Source: Lepidodermella squamata
Lineage: Eukaryota; Animalia; Gastrotricha
Reading direction: 5' to 3'
Assembly: GCA_047495785.1 (NCBI GenBank)
Contig: JBLDXI010000017.1
Coordinates: 3,534,001 to 3,598,000 of the forward strand
Length of the DNA: 64,000 nucleotides
The notes under the pieces were generated by a model. It did not search any database. It saw only the letters and a list, made by a program, of their open reading frames with translations, and was not told where the DNA came from. Made by a program: the position numbers and the translations under genes. Below are positions 63,826 to 64,000 of the stretch, one piece after another; positions within the stretch are counted from its first letter, which is position 1, and the number at the start of each line of letters is the position of its first letter.

Positions 63826-64000
63826 ATGGATTCTTTTTCGGGCAAGCCCACTGTCCGATGTCAGCTCGGCCGCCATCTCGCAGAGACTCCATACACTCAT
63901 GGCGTTTCCAGCTCGGATGCTCATAACCGAGCAATTAAATCTGAGCCATCTGATGCGGAGTTTCGAAGAGCTGGAGGCACTCCAAGTTCTGCTCTCGAGA
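63826..64000 (+). CDS. Possible 5' end of a gene running off the window
   Basis: Pyrimidine-rich acceptor TTCTTTTCTCTAG (63814), then ATG 63826 open to the window end. A second frame is also open. Confidence 0.3.
   Translation, partial: MDSFSGKPTVRCQLGRHLAETPYTHGVSSSDAHNRAIKSEPSDAEFRRAGGTPSSALE

Overview
Compact, intron-rich animal (invertebrate) nuclear DNA, not prokaryotic. About 19 spliced protein-coding genes can be assembled by hand, mostly with 49-63 nt GT-AG introns. Recognisable genes: ELOVL elongase, SPTLC2, B9D2, mitochondrial IleRS, MED6, ABHD12, a GPI-type inactive trypsin homologue, an INSM zinc-finger factor, a 4-LIM paxillin-like protein, MCM6, RhoU/V, PUM3, EFCAB2/DRC8, an HMGA-like AT-hook protein and an LRP11-like receptor. 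Several orphan genes are also present. Transposon debris includes a Mutator-type MITE with a 9-bp TSD, CR1/L2-group LINE fragments, a possible solo LTR and a ~3 kb array of diverged ~172-179-bp repeats. The most striking pattern is a TAG splice-acceptor-like site 8-25 nt upstream of nearly every start codon, together with two same-strand gene pairs only 83 and 92 bp apart. This suggests spliced-leader trans-splicing and operons, but it is inference and needs RNA data. All gene models and family calls are manual, with no database searches.
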